A DNA stretch of 63,245 bases, filler included, from Octopus bimaculoides (GCF_001194135.2; 5 parts of 5 records of this genome joined end to end with filler, not necessarily neighbours in it), one strand, 5' to 3'. Shown: positions 1-12,049, counted from the first letter of the whole stretch. Notes: a model not told the origin generated them from the letters alone. Made by a program: numbers and translations.

Positions 1-36
<36 letters not shown>
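1..36. repeat. (TTA)n microsatellite; tail/target of the adjacent minus-strand R4/Dong LINE
   Basis: Pure TTA run directly abutting the LINE 3' UTR. Confidence 0.95.
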
Positions 37-37
<1 letters not shown>

Positions 38-549
38 TAGTTTTATTTTTATAACGTGCTTTCACTTCATTACCGATCGCAGCTCTGTGCGCCTTGGGTA
101 TGTGCTGTCGTTTGCTGTGATGCTCTTATGGCTACTGTATTGAAAGTGTTTTACGTAAGATGTGTGCAGTGCCCAGTAGTGCAATTTTCTGTATGTTTTA
201 TATATTCGTAAGTCCTGGTGTTTTTGTTATTTATTTGTCTGAATATCTTTTTTATTATACCTAAGGCGCCTACTGTGATAGGAATTGTTTCTGTTTTTAG
301 ATTCCACATTCGAGTTACCCCTATTTCAAGGTCTTTGTATTTTGAAAGTTTTTCCATTTCTTTTAGGGAAACGTTGTCATCTGCTGGTATCGATACATCG
401 ATTAGAAAGCATTTTTTCCTTCATGATCTTTGACAACTATATCAGGTCTATTGACTTTAATTTCTCTATCTTTTTGTATTGGCGTATCCCATAGTATGGT
501 AACTTTCGGATTTTCTGTGATCTTTTCTGGCGTGTGCTTATACCATTCT
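35..549 (-). mobile_element. 5'-truncated R4/Dong-like LINE 3' end (RLE C-terminus plus 3' UTR)
   Basis: Minus frame reads EKLSKYKDLEI..RMWNLKTETIPITVGALGII. The 3' UTR is nearly identical to 10187-10283 and ends in (TAA)n. Confidence 0.9.
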
Positions 550-779
550 TTTACTCTTTTACTCTTTTACTTGTTTCAGTTATTTGACTGCGGCCATGCT
601 GGAGCACCACCTTTAGTCGAGCAAATCGACCCAGGACTTATTCTTTGTAAGCCTAGTACTTATTCTATCGGTTTCTTTTTGCCGAACCGCTAAGTTACGG
701 GGACGTAAACACATCAGCATTGGTTGTCAAGCGATGGTGGGGGGACAAACACAGACATACAAACACACTCACACACACA
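550..779 (-). mobile_element. SINE family A (octopus-type tRNA-derived SINE), 3' half
   Basis: Matches 17113-17497 and 46173-46612; (AAAGAGT)n-like tail at 550-570; runs into a gap. Confidence 0.85.
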
Positions 780-803
780 NNNNNNNNNNNNNNNNNNNNN
801 NNN

Positions 804-863
<60 letters not shown>

Positions 864-952
864 CATCATCATCATCATCGTCTTCGTCGTCATCGTCGTC
901 GTCGTCATCATCATCATCATCATCATCATCATTATTATTATCATTATTTTTA

Positions 953-1035
<83 letters not shown>
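804..1035. repeat. Compound trinucleotide microsatellite (TTA)-(TCA)-(TCG)-(TCA)-(TTA)
   Basis: Read directly; also serves as the (TAA)n tail of the LINE at 1036-2066. Confidence 0.95.
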
Positions 1036-2066
1036 GAGGACCTCACACAGTGTCTCATATTGCTATGTCGTTACTGAAGATATTGTCTAACTGGGGTTTT
1101 ACTGTCTGTCAAGTCACAACAAGTACCTCAGATAGACAGTACTTTACGCAGTATGCATGCAGTTTCAAGTAAAGCTGATTCTTGTAATACGCTAAGTAGG
1201 GTATCTCTAAAGTGCCCAGATGTTGTTTTAAGGTCGGGTGGTATTGAACCCAATGCTTCGATGACAGCAAGGACAATCTTTATGTTTGACTCCTGCCATT
1301 GCCACATTTTGGCAATCTCAGTTCTTAGGCCTCCATATTTATCAACCTTTTCTCTTTCCTTAATGATAATATGCTGATCTCCTGGAAGTGCCACGTCCTT
1401 TATTAAGCACTTTTGTTTCTCCTTCATAAAGGTCACTGCATCCGGCCTTCGGTGCTCTAACACCTTGTGTGTCCGGAAGTCAAAGAGCCAGAGGATCTTT
1501 ACCTTCCCATTACGCTTTCTAGTGTATGTTGGCACCAAGCACCCATTACCTCGTACCCATACTTCCGGCATAGTAGCCAATGAAGGTTTTGGGTTACCTC
1601 GTGTATGCGCTTGTAGTCTTTCTGTACAAGATTTTCACATGAACTAACAATGTGAGTCACGCTTTCGGCCATCTTCCCACACATTCTGCAGAGGTTCGTT
1701 GCACTTGTGTGGTATATATCTCTTTTCACTGATCGTCACCCTCGTTGAGCTGCCTCCATAATGCTTTCTGATCTTTTGAGTTGTTAGTTTCACGGTGGAA
1801 ATGACCATGTAATTCCATGACGAGTAGAGTTTCTCCTCTCTCGTTGGCTATTCGTGATCAGAATCGATTAGCACTCTCAAGTCCGTCTTTGATAAATCCT
1901 TCTGCTTTAGCAGCATACTGTAACAGGTCTCGCTCGCAGTTTACCAAATACTCTGCCATGTTTCTTCTTTAACTGTTGATGCATTCCCGTACACTAATCA
2001 GGCCACGTCCACCTTTACAGCTCTTCATGTAGAACCTGTGTACGTTCACTTTAGGGTGGGGGACAC
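1036..2066 (-). mobile_element. 5'-truncated, disrupted R4/Dong-like LINE (CCHC knuckle plus RLE)
   Basis: HPKVNVHRFYMKSCKGGRGL, CRMCGKMAESVTHIVSSC, HRRPDAV...DVALPGDQHIIIKEREKVDKY...LRKVLSI; contains frameshifts and stops. Confidence 0.9.
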
Positions 2067-2127
2067 TATGCATTATCATCGTCTTTCGGGTAGTGTGATG
2101 CTGGAATGGGCGCACTATAGCAGATTA

Positions 2128-2177
2128 CAATAATAATAATAATAATAATCATCATCATCGTCGTCGTCGTCGTCGTA

Positions 2178-2208
<31 letters not shown>

Positions 2209-2262
2209 TCATCATCATCATCATCGTCATCATCATCACCATTATGATTATCACCATCATCA
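2128..2262. repeat. Compound (TAA)-(TCA)-(TCG)-(TCA) microsatellite
   Basis: Read directly. Confidence 0.95.
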
Positions 2263-2414
2263 TTAAATTATAGTTAACTTTTTAAAAATCTTCAAAACAT
2301 TAAACTATAAATATCAAAAGAACTGCCTTTTTTTAAAAAAAAAATATACGGATAATTATCAAATAAAAATAGGTTACTTGATGTGTGAGATGCAGCAATG
2401 ATATAACAATAATG

Positions 2415-2500
2415 TATTTTGAAATCGATCTAAGAAATATTGGAAATCGATCTATAAGATATTTGAAATCGATGTATGGAATATTTGAAATCGATCTATA
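2415..2500. repeat. 22-bp minisatellite, 4 copies, core GAAATCGAT
   Basis: GAAATCGAT at 2421, 2443, 2465 and 2487. Confidence 0.9.
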
Positions 2501-3146
2501 GTGCATCTGCGTATTATAAATCGAAACAAGTATCATCTGAAATTTCTTGTTGCCCAGTTAAAACTTATTTTGAACATATTTCACTTCGTTGGTGCATAAC
2601 AATGGATAAGATGTCATTTTATTCCAACTCGTGTCTTTATAGACATTTCTATAGGAATTTGATGCTATCACAGCTCAAGAAAAGCGTGATAGTTCTCTTA
2701 GAAATACAAGACAGATTCGAGGGAAAACATCGACATCGAATACATTTTCAGTTATTTCAATTGTGGAGCAAATTAAGTAGCCAAGCGAGCATCGACGAAT
2801 ACGTTCATAGTTGACGTATTCGAAGATAGTTATTAAACAGTCTGTAATAATATTTATTGACGATTATCACTTGTCAAATTTTAACATTCGTTTAAGATGC
2901 GATTATTCATATTAATGGAAAAAACAATAAGGGGGGAAAAAATCTGGAACGGAGCCAACCGCGAAAAACGTGCATATCATAAAGAGATGAATGTACAAAG
3001 AGGTAGATGCACAAAGAGATGGATACACAGAGGAGAAATGTAAATTGATGAGTGTTTAAGACCGAATACAGAAATGTGATAAAATCCTCCAGTGGAAAAG
3101 AGTTTAAAAAGGAGGTAAATAATCAATACCGCTAACTTTAGCTCAC

Positions 3147-3197
3147 CACAATCTTATTTAAGGAAAATATTGCCATCGGCGCAACGAGGACGCTGAG
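3147..3197 (-). CDS. Candidate 51-nt phase 0-0 coding exon (LSVLVAPMAIFSLNKIV), gene unknown
   Basis: Acceptor TTTCATTGCAG, donor GTG|GTGAGC, open hydrophobic frame in non-repeat DNA. No homology could be confirmed. Confidence 0.25.
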
Positions 3198-4146
3198 CTG
3201 CAATGAAATCTTTAAAATTTACCATACCATCTTAAAACGGATGAATTGACTGTATAGAACATATCAGAAATAAGTCAGTTTGGTCATAGCTACAATGCCG
3301 GCTGGGTGATAAATTTTAATCATAGAACGCTACTGCAACAATTGAATATAAAGATATCATGTGCTTAAAATTCAGTCGTGTAAACAATCCGAAAGTGAAG
3401 ACTTTTCATGAAAGTTATGAATACTGCTATTTAAGTTAATGAAAGAAATTCCATGGGATTGCCCGATTTGTTAGAAATTGGGCAACCAAATCTCCTTCAT
3501 AATATGCCCTACATTCTTAGCAAAGTAAAGGAAACATCGGGTAATGGTGAAAGCAGATATGTTTTTGGTCATAAGTTTGCCCAATCTCAGGGCAACAGGA
3601 ACTAAAAATAACAATAACAAAAAGCAACAACGACTGCCGTATTTAAACAGAAACAAAAACAGCACAGACACAAAAGATGCCAATTAACGACAAATATAAC
3701 AAAAGACGTCTTTACATTCGTAGCCTTCCGATCTCAACATGCAAAATCAATGGCATAAAAAATATTTTTTATGGAACTAAAGCACTTCATTATTATTACA
3801 CATTAAGATTACTGCTACAAAACACCGCAAATATCAATATACACTCCGATAAGGCTAAATGGAACGTGTACTGGTGGAAGCCTCATAATATATATATCAA
3901 CTCATTCATCTAATACATAGATATTGAACATTACACTCGGTCCCTAATAGCATACGACGAAACACTTGATATAAAAACATTCAGAATAAAAGCCATCAAA
4001 AGCATTCTAGTCAGGATTATCCAGACATTATTTTCGGTTAATTAAGACTAGATTATCAAATGTACCCGCTCATTTCTTTTTTAAAGGCAATATGATATAG
4101 ATCGAGAAGAGCAGATAACGTGCTGGAAAAATTAAATAGGAGTCAG

Positions 4147-4390
4147 TATGTATGTATGTATGTATGTATGTATGTATGTATGTATGTATGTATGTATGTA
4201 TGTATGTATGCATGCATGCATGCATGCGTGTATGTATGTATGTATGCATGCATGTATGCATATATGTATGTATGTATGTATGTAAGTATGCATGTATGTA
4301 TGTATTTATATGTATATATATATTATGTTTGTATGTATGTATGTGTGTGTGTGTGTGTGTGTATGTATGTTAGTATGTATATATGCATGC
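4147..4390. repeat. (ATGT)n/(ATGC)n/(GT)n microsatellite
   Basis: Read directly. Confidence 0.95.
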
Positions 4391-4449
4391 TATGTATATA
4401 TGGTGTGTTATTGATAACATTTAGAAGAAAGTGCTTCTTTTCTACTCAT

Positions 4450-5330
4450 CAAAACATGAACAAGAGGAACTGATATCATCAGATGGTATCCAACAATCAT
4501 CGAGTGTTTGCATTCTGAATCGTAACATCCTTGGTCGGTCAGCAGAGGTCTCCAAATCCGTAATTTTTATCCCCTCTTAACTTCCAGCTAAATTTTTCTG
4601 TCTTGCTCCATAACCAGCAAATGGCGCTTTCTGCTGCTTCTCTTATTCTGCGCACAGTCAACCTTTGCAACTTTCCTCTCATTTCAATGGCTGCAACCAT
4701 CGTCCATACTGGCTAGGTCGGGAATCCCATTCAGCCAATCTCTACTGGGGAAAGCTATGACTGCCATCTCTTCACCCTACAAAATCCTGCAGACGGCTCT
4801 TCGTACTTGCTCCGCTTCAATTCGCAGACCTGTTCACACCTACGGGACTGCAAACTCAATTAATATTATTTTCTTTAACATTTCAAATCACAAAACCATA
4901 TCTGTCCTCAGGATTGTGTGGACGACCTGGGGAAACTGCAGATTTTTCCCCAGGAAGTCTTCCTCCACTTTCATATACCATGATTGGGACCTGAGTAGCA
5001 AGCTATTTTTTGTCGTTTTGTTGTCCTTACTAGCTTTTCTTCGTCTTCCATGAACTTAATTGCTGCTGCTGTTTTCCCCCGATGGTGTTTCTTGAATCTT
5101 TCCTGCTCCAAGGTGTGAGTGAGTGGTGCGAGCACCTTGTCATGGCGCCACTTGTATCTCCTTTGAGTAAATGATGCTTAGCACCTTGATAAGATGTGTG
5201 CCAGTGTACTCCTTTCTCAACAAAGTTTACCCAACTGGTTCCCCTCCAGACCCCATTCATGAAGGTTTGTTGACGTTGAGAGTGTGTCATACACTGTCAG
5301 CAACAGCTAGGCAGGCACGGAAGGGTTCCA
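4450..5330 (-). mobile_element. HERO/NeSL-like RLE LINE 3' fragment, degenerate
   Basis: Minus translation NLHEWGLEGNQLGKLC*ERSTLAHILSRC..RRYKWRHDKVL, then KKIILIEFAVP and EAAESAICWLWSK, followed by a HERO-like 3' UTR. Confidence 0.75.
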
Positions 5331-5351
5331 GTTTCCATAAAAAAAAAAAAT

Positions 5352-8300
5352 AAAGGCGAATACAGGTCTGTTAGCCTTAAGATGCAACATTACGAGTAAT
5401 GTTTTCATTCAGAGAAATCAGAGGCGGTGTTGTCTCAAAAACTTAACGCTAATCAGGCAGATCAGTTACTAATGTCAACGTTGAAGCTCGTCATGCCTCA
5501 ATGATAATAAAACAAAATATACACCGAATCTGCCGTCACCAGGGTCAACGAGGGCCGAGCACCCTAGTGAGGAACCAGACTGGTTGCGAAAACTCAGCTA
5601 CTGGTTTAAATCTTCCCGAAAGACAGGAGCTGGAAGTACCCCACAACCAGAATATTGCAACAGGTAGCCATCTACGCTCGTCATCAAATAACCGAAAGAA
5701 CAGGAATAAAAAATGGTCAAGGGAAGATAATGAAAAATTTCTTAAGGCCTTCTATCATGCCACGTATTTCCCCACAAATAAATCTAATACTGAACAAACC
5801 TACCTAAACTAGAGAAAGAAGCACCTTGAAGTAAGATCCTATATAGGTAGTAACAAGCTTGCCAATGTCAGAAGAAACATTATAAAAAAGAAATTACGAA
5901 CTGAATTAAAGATTGACCAAATTAAACAATCAGAAAGGGATAAAAGAAACGAAGTTGCAGCTAAAGAAGATACAACTGAGGAAATAATTACAGACCAGCC
6001 CAGGTCTGATGAAAATACAGTAATGATAGAAATAGTTAATGTAACTGATAAACCAAGTGAAATAATACTCACTGAACCAGCCATAAATACCAAGGAAGAT
6101 GAAAATCAAATAGATGAAGAAAATCACACAGAGATTGCCCCAACTGAACTACATGATCTAAAAAATCAAATCATGACTGAATGGCTGAAAATTAAAGAAA
6201 CTAGTATGAATGAATGTGTCACTCTCCCAAAAATTTTCAACTCTAACCAAAACCTGAAAGTAATTGGTAAAACCCGCCTTGCATTTGAAGATATAATTTC
6301 AGCTAATGATGTTAATATTACAAATCTCAATCACCCGCACTATGTATCCGCAAAAATTTCAACGATTCTATGTGGTGAAAAGATTAGAAAACAACATCCC
6401 CACAAAACCCCATTACTTAGGTCTTACATAAAATGTTTAAAAACTTTAAGTTTGATAAGAATCTGAAACCAACAAAAGTTCGAAAATTAACGAAAAAGTA
6501 TAATATGAAAACCATACTTAACATCGATACCATCACAGAAACTATCAAGCAAAAAATTGCTAAAGCCGCTCGCAGAGCACGGTATGAAAATCGCTCTAGG
6601 TTGTTCAAGGACAACATCATGTTCAAAAATAGCCCCAAAAATTTTACAGGAAGATAGCAGTTACAGTAAAGTCTGTCCCAACAATAGATAAAGCGCAGGA
6701 ATTTGGGAATAAAATTTGGCCAGAAGAAAAACGCATTGTAAAAAAGACCCTTGGATTGATAGAATATCTTTAGAAGGGCAAAAGTGGGAGTGTGTCAAGG
6801 TAGAGGACACAAGATCTGCGCTCAGGAAATCAAGCAAATGGAAGTCTCCAGGAAAGGATAAAATTCCTAACTTCTGGTTGAATGCCTTCCCAGAGAGCCA
6901 TGAACTGCAAACAATGTTTTGCAATATCCTAGTATGATTCCCTCTTGGTTAGTTAATGGTGTAACATTCCTACTTCCAAAAAATGAAGAAACAAACGAAC
7001 CAAAAAATTATTGACCCATTACCTGCTTAACAACAATGTATAAGGCACTAACATCCGTCCTAACTGAGTATACTTATAGTTTTTTAATAGAAAGTAGCAT
7101 CTTTACTTCTGAGCAAAAAGGATGTAAACGTGGGTCCTATGGTTGTAAAGATCAGCTATTCATCAATAAGATTATCTTGGAAGATTGTCACAAACGACAC
7201 AAATACTTGTTGATAGCCTGAGTATACTATAAAGAAGTTTTTGATAGTCTGCCGCGTAGCTTGACTGAGAAATGTCTGGAAATGTATAAAATAGCACCCA
7301 CTCTGCGAAACTTCTTATGAGAAAATATGAGATCATGGAGAACCACACTGACTTTGAACAGTGACAATGAATCTCTTAATGATGGACATGTAAGAATTTT
7401 ATGCAGCATTTTCCAGGGTGACTCACTATCACCACTCCTCTTTTGTCTAGCCTTAATACCTCTTCCAAAATTGCTCGATGATATACAGTGCGGTTATAAA
7501 ATGTTTGATAAAAATATAAATCATCTAATTTACATGGATGATTTAAAGCTTTTTGCAAAAATGACCAACAACTACAGGGCTTACTAGCGATTGTTAAACA
7601 ATTCAGTTCTGACATCAGGATGCAATTTGACCTCAGTAAATGTGCAAAAGCAAACTTTATCAGAGGAAAAATGAGAGAAACATCCAACGTTAAACTTAAC
7701 CAGCAGAATGTCATAAAGGAGTAAGAACCAGCGGAGAGCTACAGATACCTAGGGGTATTTGAAGGTGATGGGACCAAATATTCAATGATCAGAATAGAAT
7801 GTCATCGCAGGGTAAGGGCACTACTCAAGACAGAGCTGAATGCAAGAAACAGGATCCAAGCGATCAATACTTTAGCCATACCAGTCGTGACATACAGTTT
7901 CAATATCATTAACTGGTCAATTACTGAAATAAGTAATCTTGACAGAAAAATACGAAAATTGTTAATACTGTATAGAATGTCAACAATTCTATTCAATCAA
8001 TTGCCCCAAGGCAGATGTAGAACGACTTTACCAGCCAAGAAAAGAAGTCTTTTACAACTGGAGTTAACAACGAAGATTGCCGCAAATGGCCTAGACACAT
8101 ACCTGAAAAACTCTAATGACTGGATGTTAAAACTTGTCTCAAAGCATGAAAACAAGACAGCGTCATACTTAGTAACAAAACAGGCAAAGGAATATCTAAG
8201 TGAATTCCCACAATTAGATGTACTGGAAACAAGCACAGAAAAAGCTAAGCGCATGAAAACCAGTGCTAAAGCTGCTACCTTAGATATTCTGACTGATAAA

Positions 8301-9328
8301 TAGCAAGAAACTCTCTCAAAAGCAAATACCCAAAGAGAGCTAATAATGTCGATGTTGACAAAGCATTTACCCATCAATGGTTAGTATCTTTTGACTTAAA
8401 TTCAGAAAGGTTTATCATAGCAGTCAAAGATCTATGCATACCTACAAGGAACTACCAGGCCAACATATTAAAGAACGGCAGTAAGCCAACATGTCGTGTA
8501 TGTCAACAACAAAATGGAACAATTGATCATGTTGACTCTATGTGCAGTCTTCTTGCACCTACAAAGTATCTCAACAGGCATGGTAGAGCAGCACAATATA
8601 TTCACTGGGTAATTTGCGAAGATGATAAAAACTGGCGGGAACACAAACCACCTCCAGTGCTTGAAAATGACCAAATCTCACTTCTTTGGAACTTCACCAT
8701 TCGAGTTGAGAGGAAGATAGGTGCGAATAGGCCAATCATTATATTGAAAAACTTCAGTCAAAAATCATGCCTCCTTGTCGATATGACGGTCCCGATCGAT
8801 ATAAATGTATCTGTCAAGACCTACCAAAAGCTGAGCAATTATAAAGATCTTGAAATAGAAATTGGCAAAATGTGAACCTGAAAACTAAAACAATACCTGT
8901 TGTCATAGGTACCCTAGGAATGATAGCAAAAGGGGCTGATTCCTATATACTCAGATATTAGGAAATCCAAAAATGGAAGAAGTTAAAACTATAGTGCTTA
9001 TGGGAACTGCCCATATCCTATATAAAATATTGTCTATGTAATCCCCAAAATATTTTAATCTGTAAACAGTGCCAAAATACTTTTAAAAGTACATAACAGC
9101 AAACACCTTTTACTGTCATCATAACATCACACTATCATCTCATAATCAAATTACTTTTAAAACAAACTTCTAATTTTCTTATATTTTGACAGAAATGCTC
9201 TAGAACAATACTCTGTTCAAAACCAAAAATATGGCACCCTAAGCATAATACAAACTTGAACTTCTAACTTGTCTCTTGAGCTCTCTGGGTAAGACTTGGA
9301 GTCAACTTGTAGAAATACAAAGCAAAAA
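5352..9328 (+). mobile_element. Near full-length, inactivated R4/Dong-like non-LTR retrotransposon (Myb-like N-terminus, RT, CCHC, RLE)
   Basis: Broken ORF 5501-9041: KWSREDNEKFLKAFYHA; WKSPGKDKIPNFWL; PITCLTTMYK; IFQGDSLSPLLF; HLIYMDDLKLFAK; CRVCQQQNGTIDH; RLE region ANRPIII..VDMTVP..KLSNYKDL. Many stops and frameshifts; 3' UTR to ~9328. Confidence 0.92.
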
Positions 9329-10302
9329 CCAAAACGATGGCAAGAAAAGCCCCTACATGGTAAATACTGGGCTAAACTAAATGCGAAAGAAATAGACAGA
9401 GAAAAATTCCAGCAATGGCTGAGAAGCTCAGGACTCAAAGCAGAGACTGAAGGATTTTTAATTGCTGCACAAGACCAAAGCCTCCCCACCAGAAATTACC
9501 AAAAACACATAATGAAAAGAAATATAACAAGTAACTGTAGAATATGTGGAGATCGACAAGAAACAATAAATCATATTATCTCTGGCTGCCCAGTCCTGGC
9601 TAAGAAGGAATATATCCACAGACACGACAGAGCTGGGACCTATATACACTGGAAGCTATGCCAACATTATGGAATAACAACAGAAAAAAGATGGTATAAA
9701 CACACGCCAGANNNNNNNNNNNNNNNNNNNNNNNNNNNNNNNNNNNNNNNNNNNNNNNNNNNNNNNNNNNNNNNNNNNNNNNNNNNNNNNNNNNNNNNNN
9801 NNNNNNNNNNNNNNNNNNNNNNNNNNNNNNNNNNNNNNNNNNNNNNNNNNNNNNNNNNNNNNNNNNNNNNNNNNNNNNNNNNNNNNNNNNNNNNNNNNNN
9901 NNNNNNNNNNNNNNNNNNNNNNNNNNNNNNNNNNNNNNNNNNNNNNNNNNNNNNNNNNNNNNNNNNNNNNNNNNNNNNNNNNNNNNNNNTGGAAATAGAG
10001 ATAACTCGAATGTGGAATCTAAAAACAGAAACAATTCCTATCATAGTAGGTGCCTTAGGTATAATAAAAAAATATTCAGACAAATACATAACAAAAATAG
10101 CAGGACTTACAAATATATATAACATACAGAAAATTGCACTACTGGGTACTGCACACATCCTACGCAAAACACTTTCAATACAGTAAACATAAGAGCACCA
10201 CAGCAAACCACAGCACATACCCAAGGCGCACAGAGCTGCGCTCGGTAGTGAAGTGAAAGCACGTTATAAAAATAAAACTACTGAATAATAATAATAATAA
10301 TA
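9329..10302 (+). mobile_element. 5'-truncated, young-looking R4/Dong-like LINE with (TAA)n tail
   Basis: Stop-free where sequenced: WQEKPLHGKY, ETEGFLIAAQDQSLPTRNY, CRICGDRQETINHIISGC, HRHDR, EIEITRMWNLK..LRKTLSIQ*. Same family as 35-549. Confidence 0.92.
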
Positions 10303-10319
10303 ATTATTATTATTAATAT

Positions 10320-11755
10320 TTGTTTATTGCCCACAGGGGGCTAAACATAGAGGGGACAAACAGTGATTAAGTCGATTACATCGACCCCAGTGCGTAACTG
10401 GTGCTTAATTTATCGACCCCGAAAGGATGAAAGGCAAAGTCGACCTCGGCGGAATTTGAACTCAGAACGTAACGAATAATAATAATAATGATGATGATGA
10501 TGATGATAATAATCCTGACATATATATATAATAGCACTGACACACACACAAATACACACACACATACGCAAATTTACATATACGCACATAATCTTTTCTA
10601 CTACACAAGGTCTGGAATTTGGGGGAAGGGCATAAGCTATTACATCGACCCCAGAACTTGACTGGTTCTTAATTTATCGATCACGAAAAGATGGAAGGCA
10701 AAGTCGACCTCGACGGAATTTGATCTCAGATCGTAGCGGCCGACGAAATACCGCTAAGCATTTCGCCCAGCGTGCTAACGATTCTACCAGCTCGCCGCCT
10801 CGGCGCCAGCTCGCCGCCTCAGTGGCAGCTTACCGCCTCGGTGGCAGCTCGCTGCCTCGGTGCCAGCTCGCCGCCTCGGTGCCAGCTCACCGCCACGGCG
10901 CCAGCTCGCCGCCTCGGTGCCAGCTCACCGCCTCGGTGCCAGCTCACCGCCAAATTTTGATTGAAGGCCAGCAATTTTCGGGGGAAACGGGATTAAATGA
11001 TAACATGAACCCCAGTACNNNNNNNNNNNNNNNNNNNNNNNNNNNNNGAAATATTGCTAAGCATTTTTCCGACGCGTTAACAATTTTGCCAAATCGTCAC
11101 CTTAATAATGATAATAATCTATTCTACAAGAAGCACCAGAAATTTTATGGGTGGGAAATAGCTGATGATATCGAAATCCAATATTTGACTGGTCGAAAGA
11201 AATTCCGCTAGGCGTTTTGTCAGATGATTGTGCCAACTTGCCACCTTAATAATAGTAGTAATATATTCAGATTTTGACCCAGGACTTGTAATTTTAAGGG
11301 AAGGGACTTACTTCAGTGACCAGAAAAGATGAAAGGCAAAGTCAATCTCGGCAGAATTTGAACTCAGAGCGCAATGACGAACGAAATGTCGCTAAACATT
11401 TGCACGGCGTGCTAATGATTCAGCTAGCTCACCTTAATAATAATGGTTTCAAATTTTTGCACAAGGCCAACAACTCCTTGGGAGCGGGTAAGTCGATTAC
11501 ATCAATCCCAGTACTCAACTGGTACATGTTTTAACGTCCCCGAAAGAATGAAATGTAAAGTCGACTTCGGCGGGATTTGAACACAGAACGTAAACGACAA
11601 CAAAAACAACAACAATAATGATAAAGATAATAAACCTTTTTAATATGGAGACAAGGCCTCAGATTTTGGGGGAGGGCATAAGTTGATTAGATTGATTCCA
11701 GTGTGTAACTGGTACTTATTTCATCGACCCCCGAAACAATGAAAGCAAAGTCGAA
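10320..11755 (-). mobile_element. Head-to-tail array of about 7 SINE family B copies or partial copies
   Basis: Repeated blocks such as aaggcaaagtcgacctcggcggaatttgaactcagaac at ~10430, 10695, 11335 and 11555, with heads ...ctcgccgcctt followed by AAT runs. Confidence 0.8.
10787..10951. repeat. 19-bp GC-rich minisatellite (ccagctcgccgcctcggtg), 8 full copies plus 1 partial
   Basis: Units counted directly; the unit is the reverse complement of the SINE B 5' end. Confidence 0.92.
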
Positions 11756-11760
11756 TAATG

Positions 11761-11821
<61 letters not shown>

Positions 11822-11864
11822 TTACAAGCCTTGGACTAAAATCTGAATATATTACTATTATTAT

Positions 11865-12030
11865 TAAGGTAGCGAGTTGGCACAATCATCTACCAAGACG
11901 CTTAGCGGAATTTGTTTCGACTTTGCGTTCTGAGTTCAAAATCGGTCGACTTCGTCTTTTATTCTTTCAGAGTCGATAAAATAGATACCAGTCAAATACT
12001 GGGTTTCGATAGCATCAGCTATTTCCCACT
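11865..12030 (+). mobile_element. SINE family B, degenerate
   Basis: aaggtagcgagttggcacaatc...gttctgagttcaaa...gtcgataaaatagataccag. Confidence 0.7.
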
Positions 12031-12049
12031 CATAAAATAATAATAATAG

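Noticed and set aside
2655-2780. Plus-strand possible terminal exon EFDAITAQEKRDSS...VEQIK*
   Set aside because: An acceptor and a 41-aa frame exist, but there is no recognisable homology or supporting upstream exon; expected by chance.
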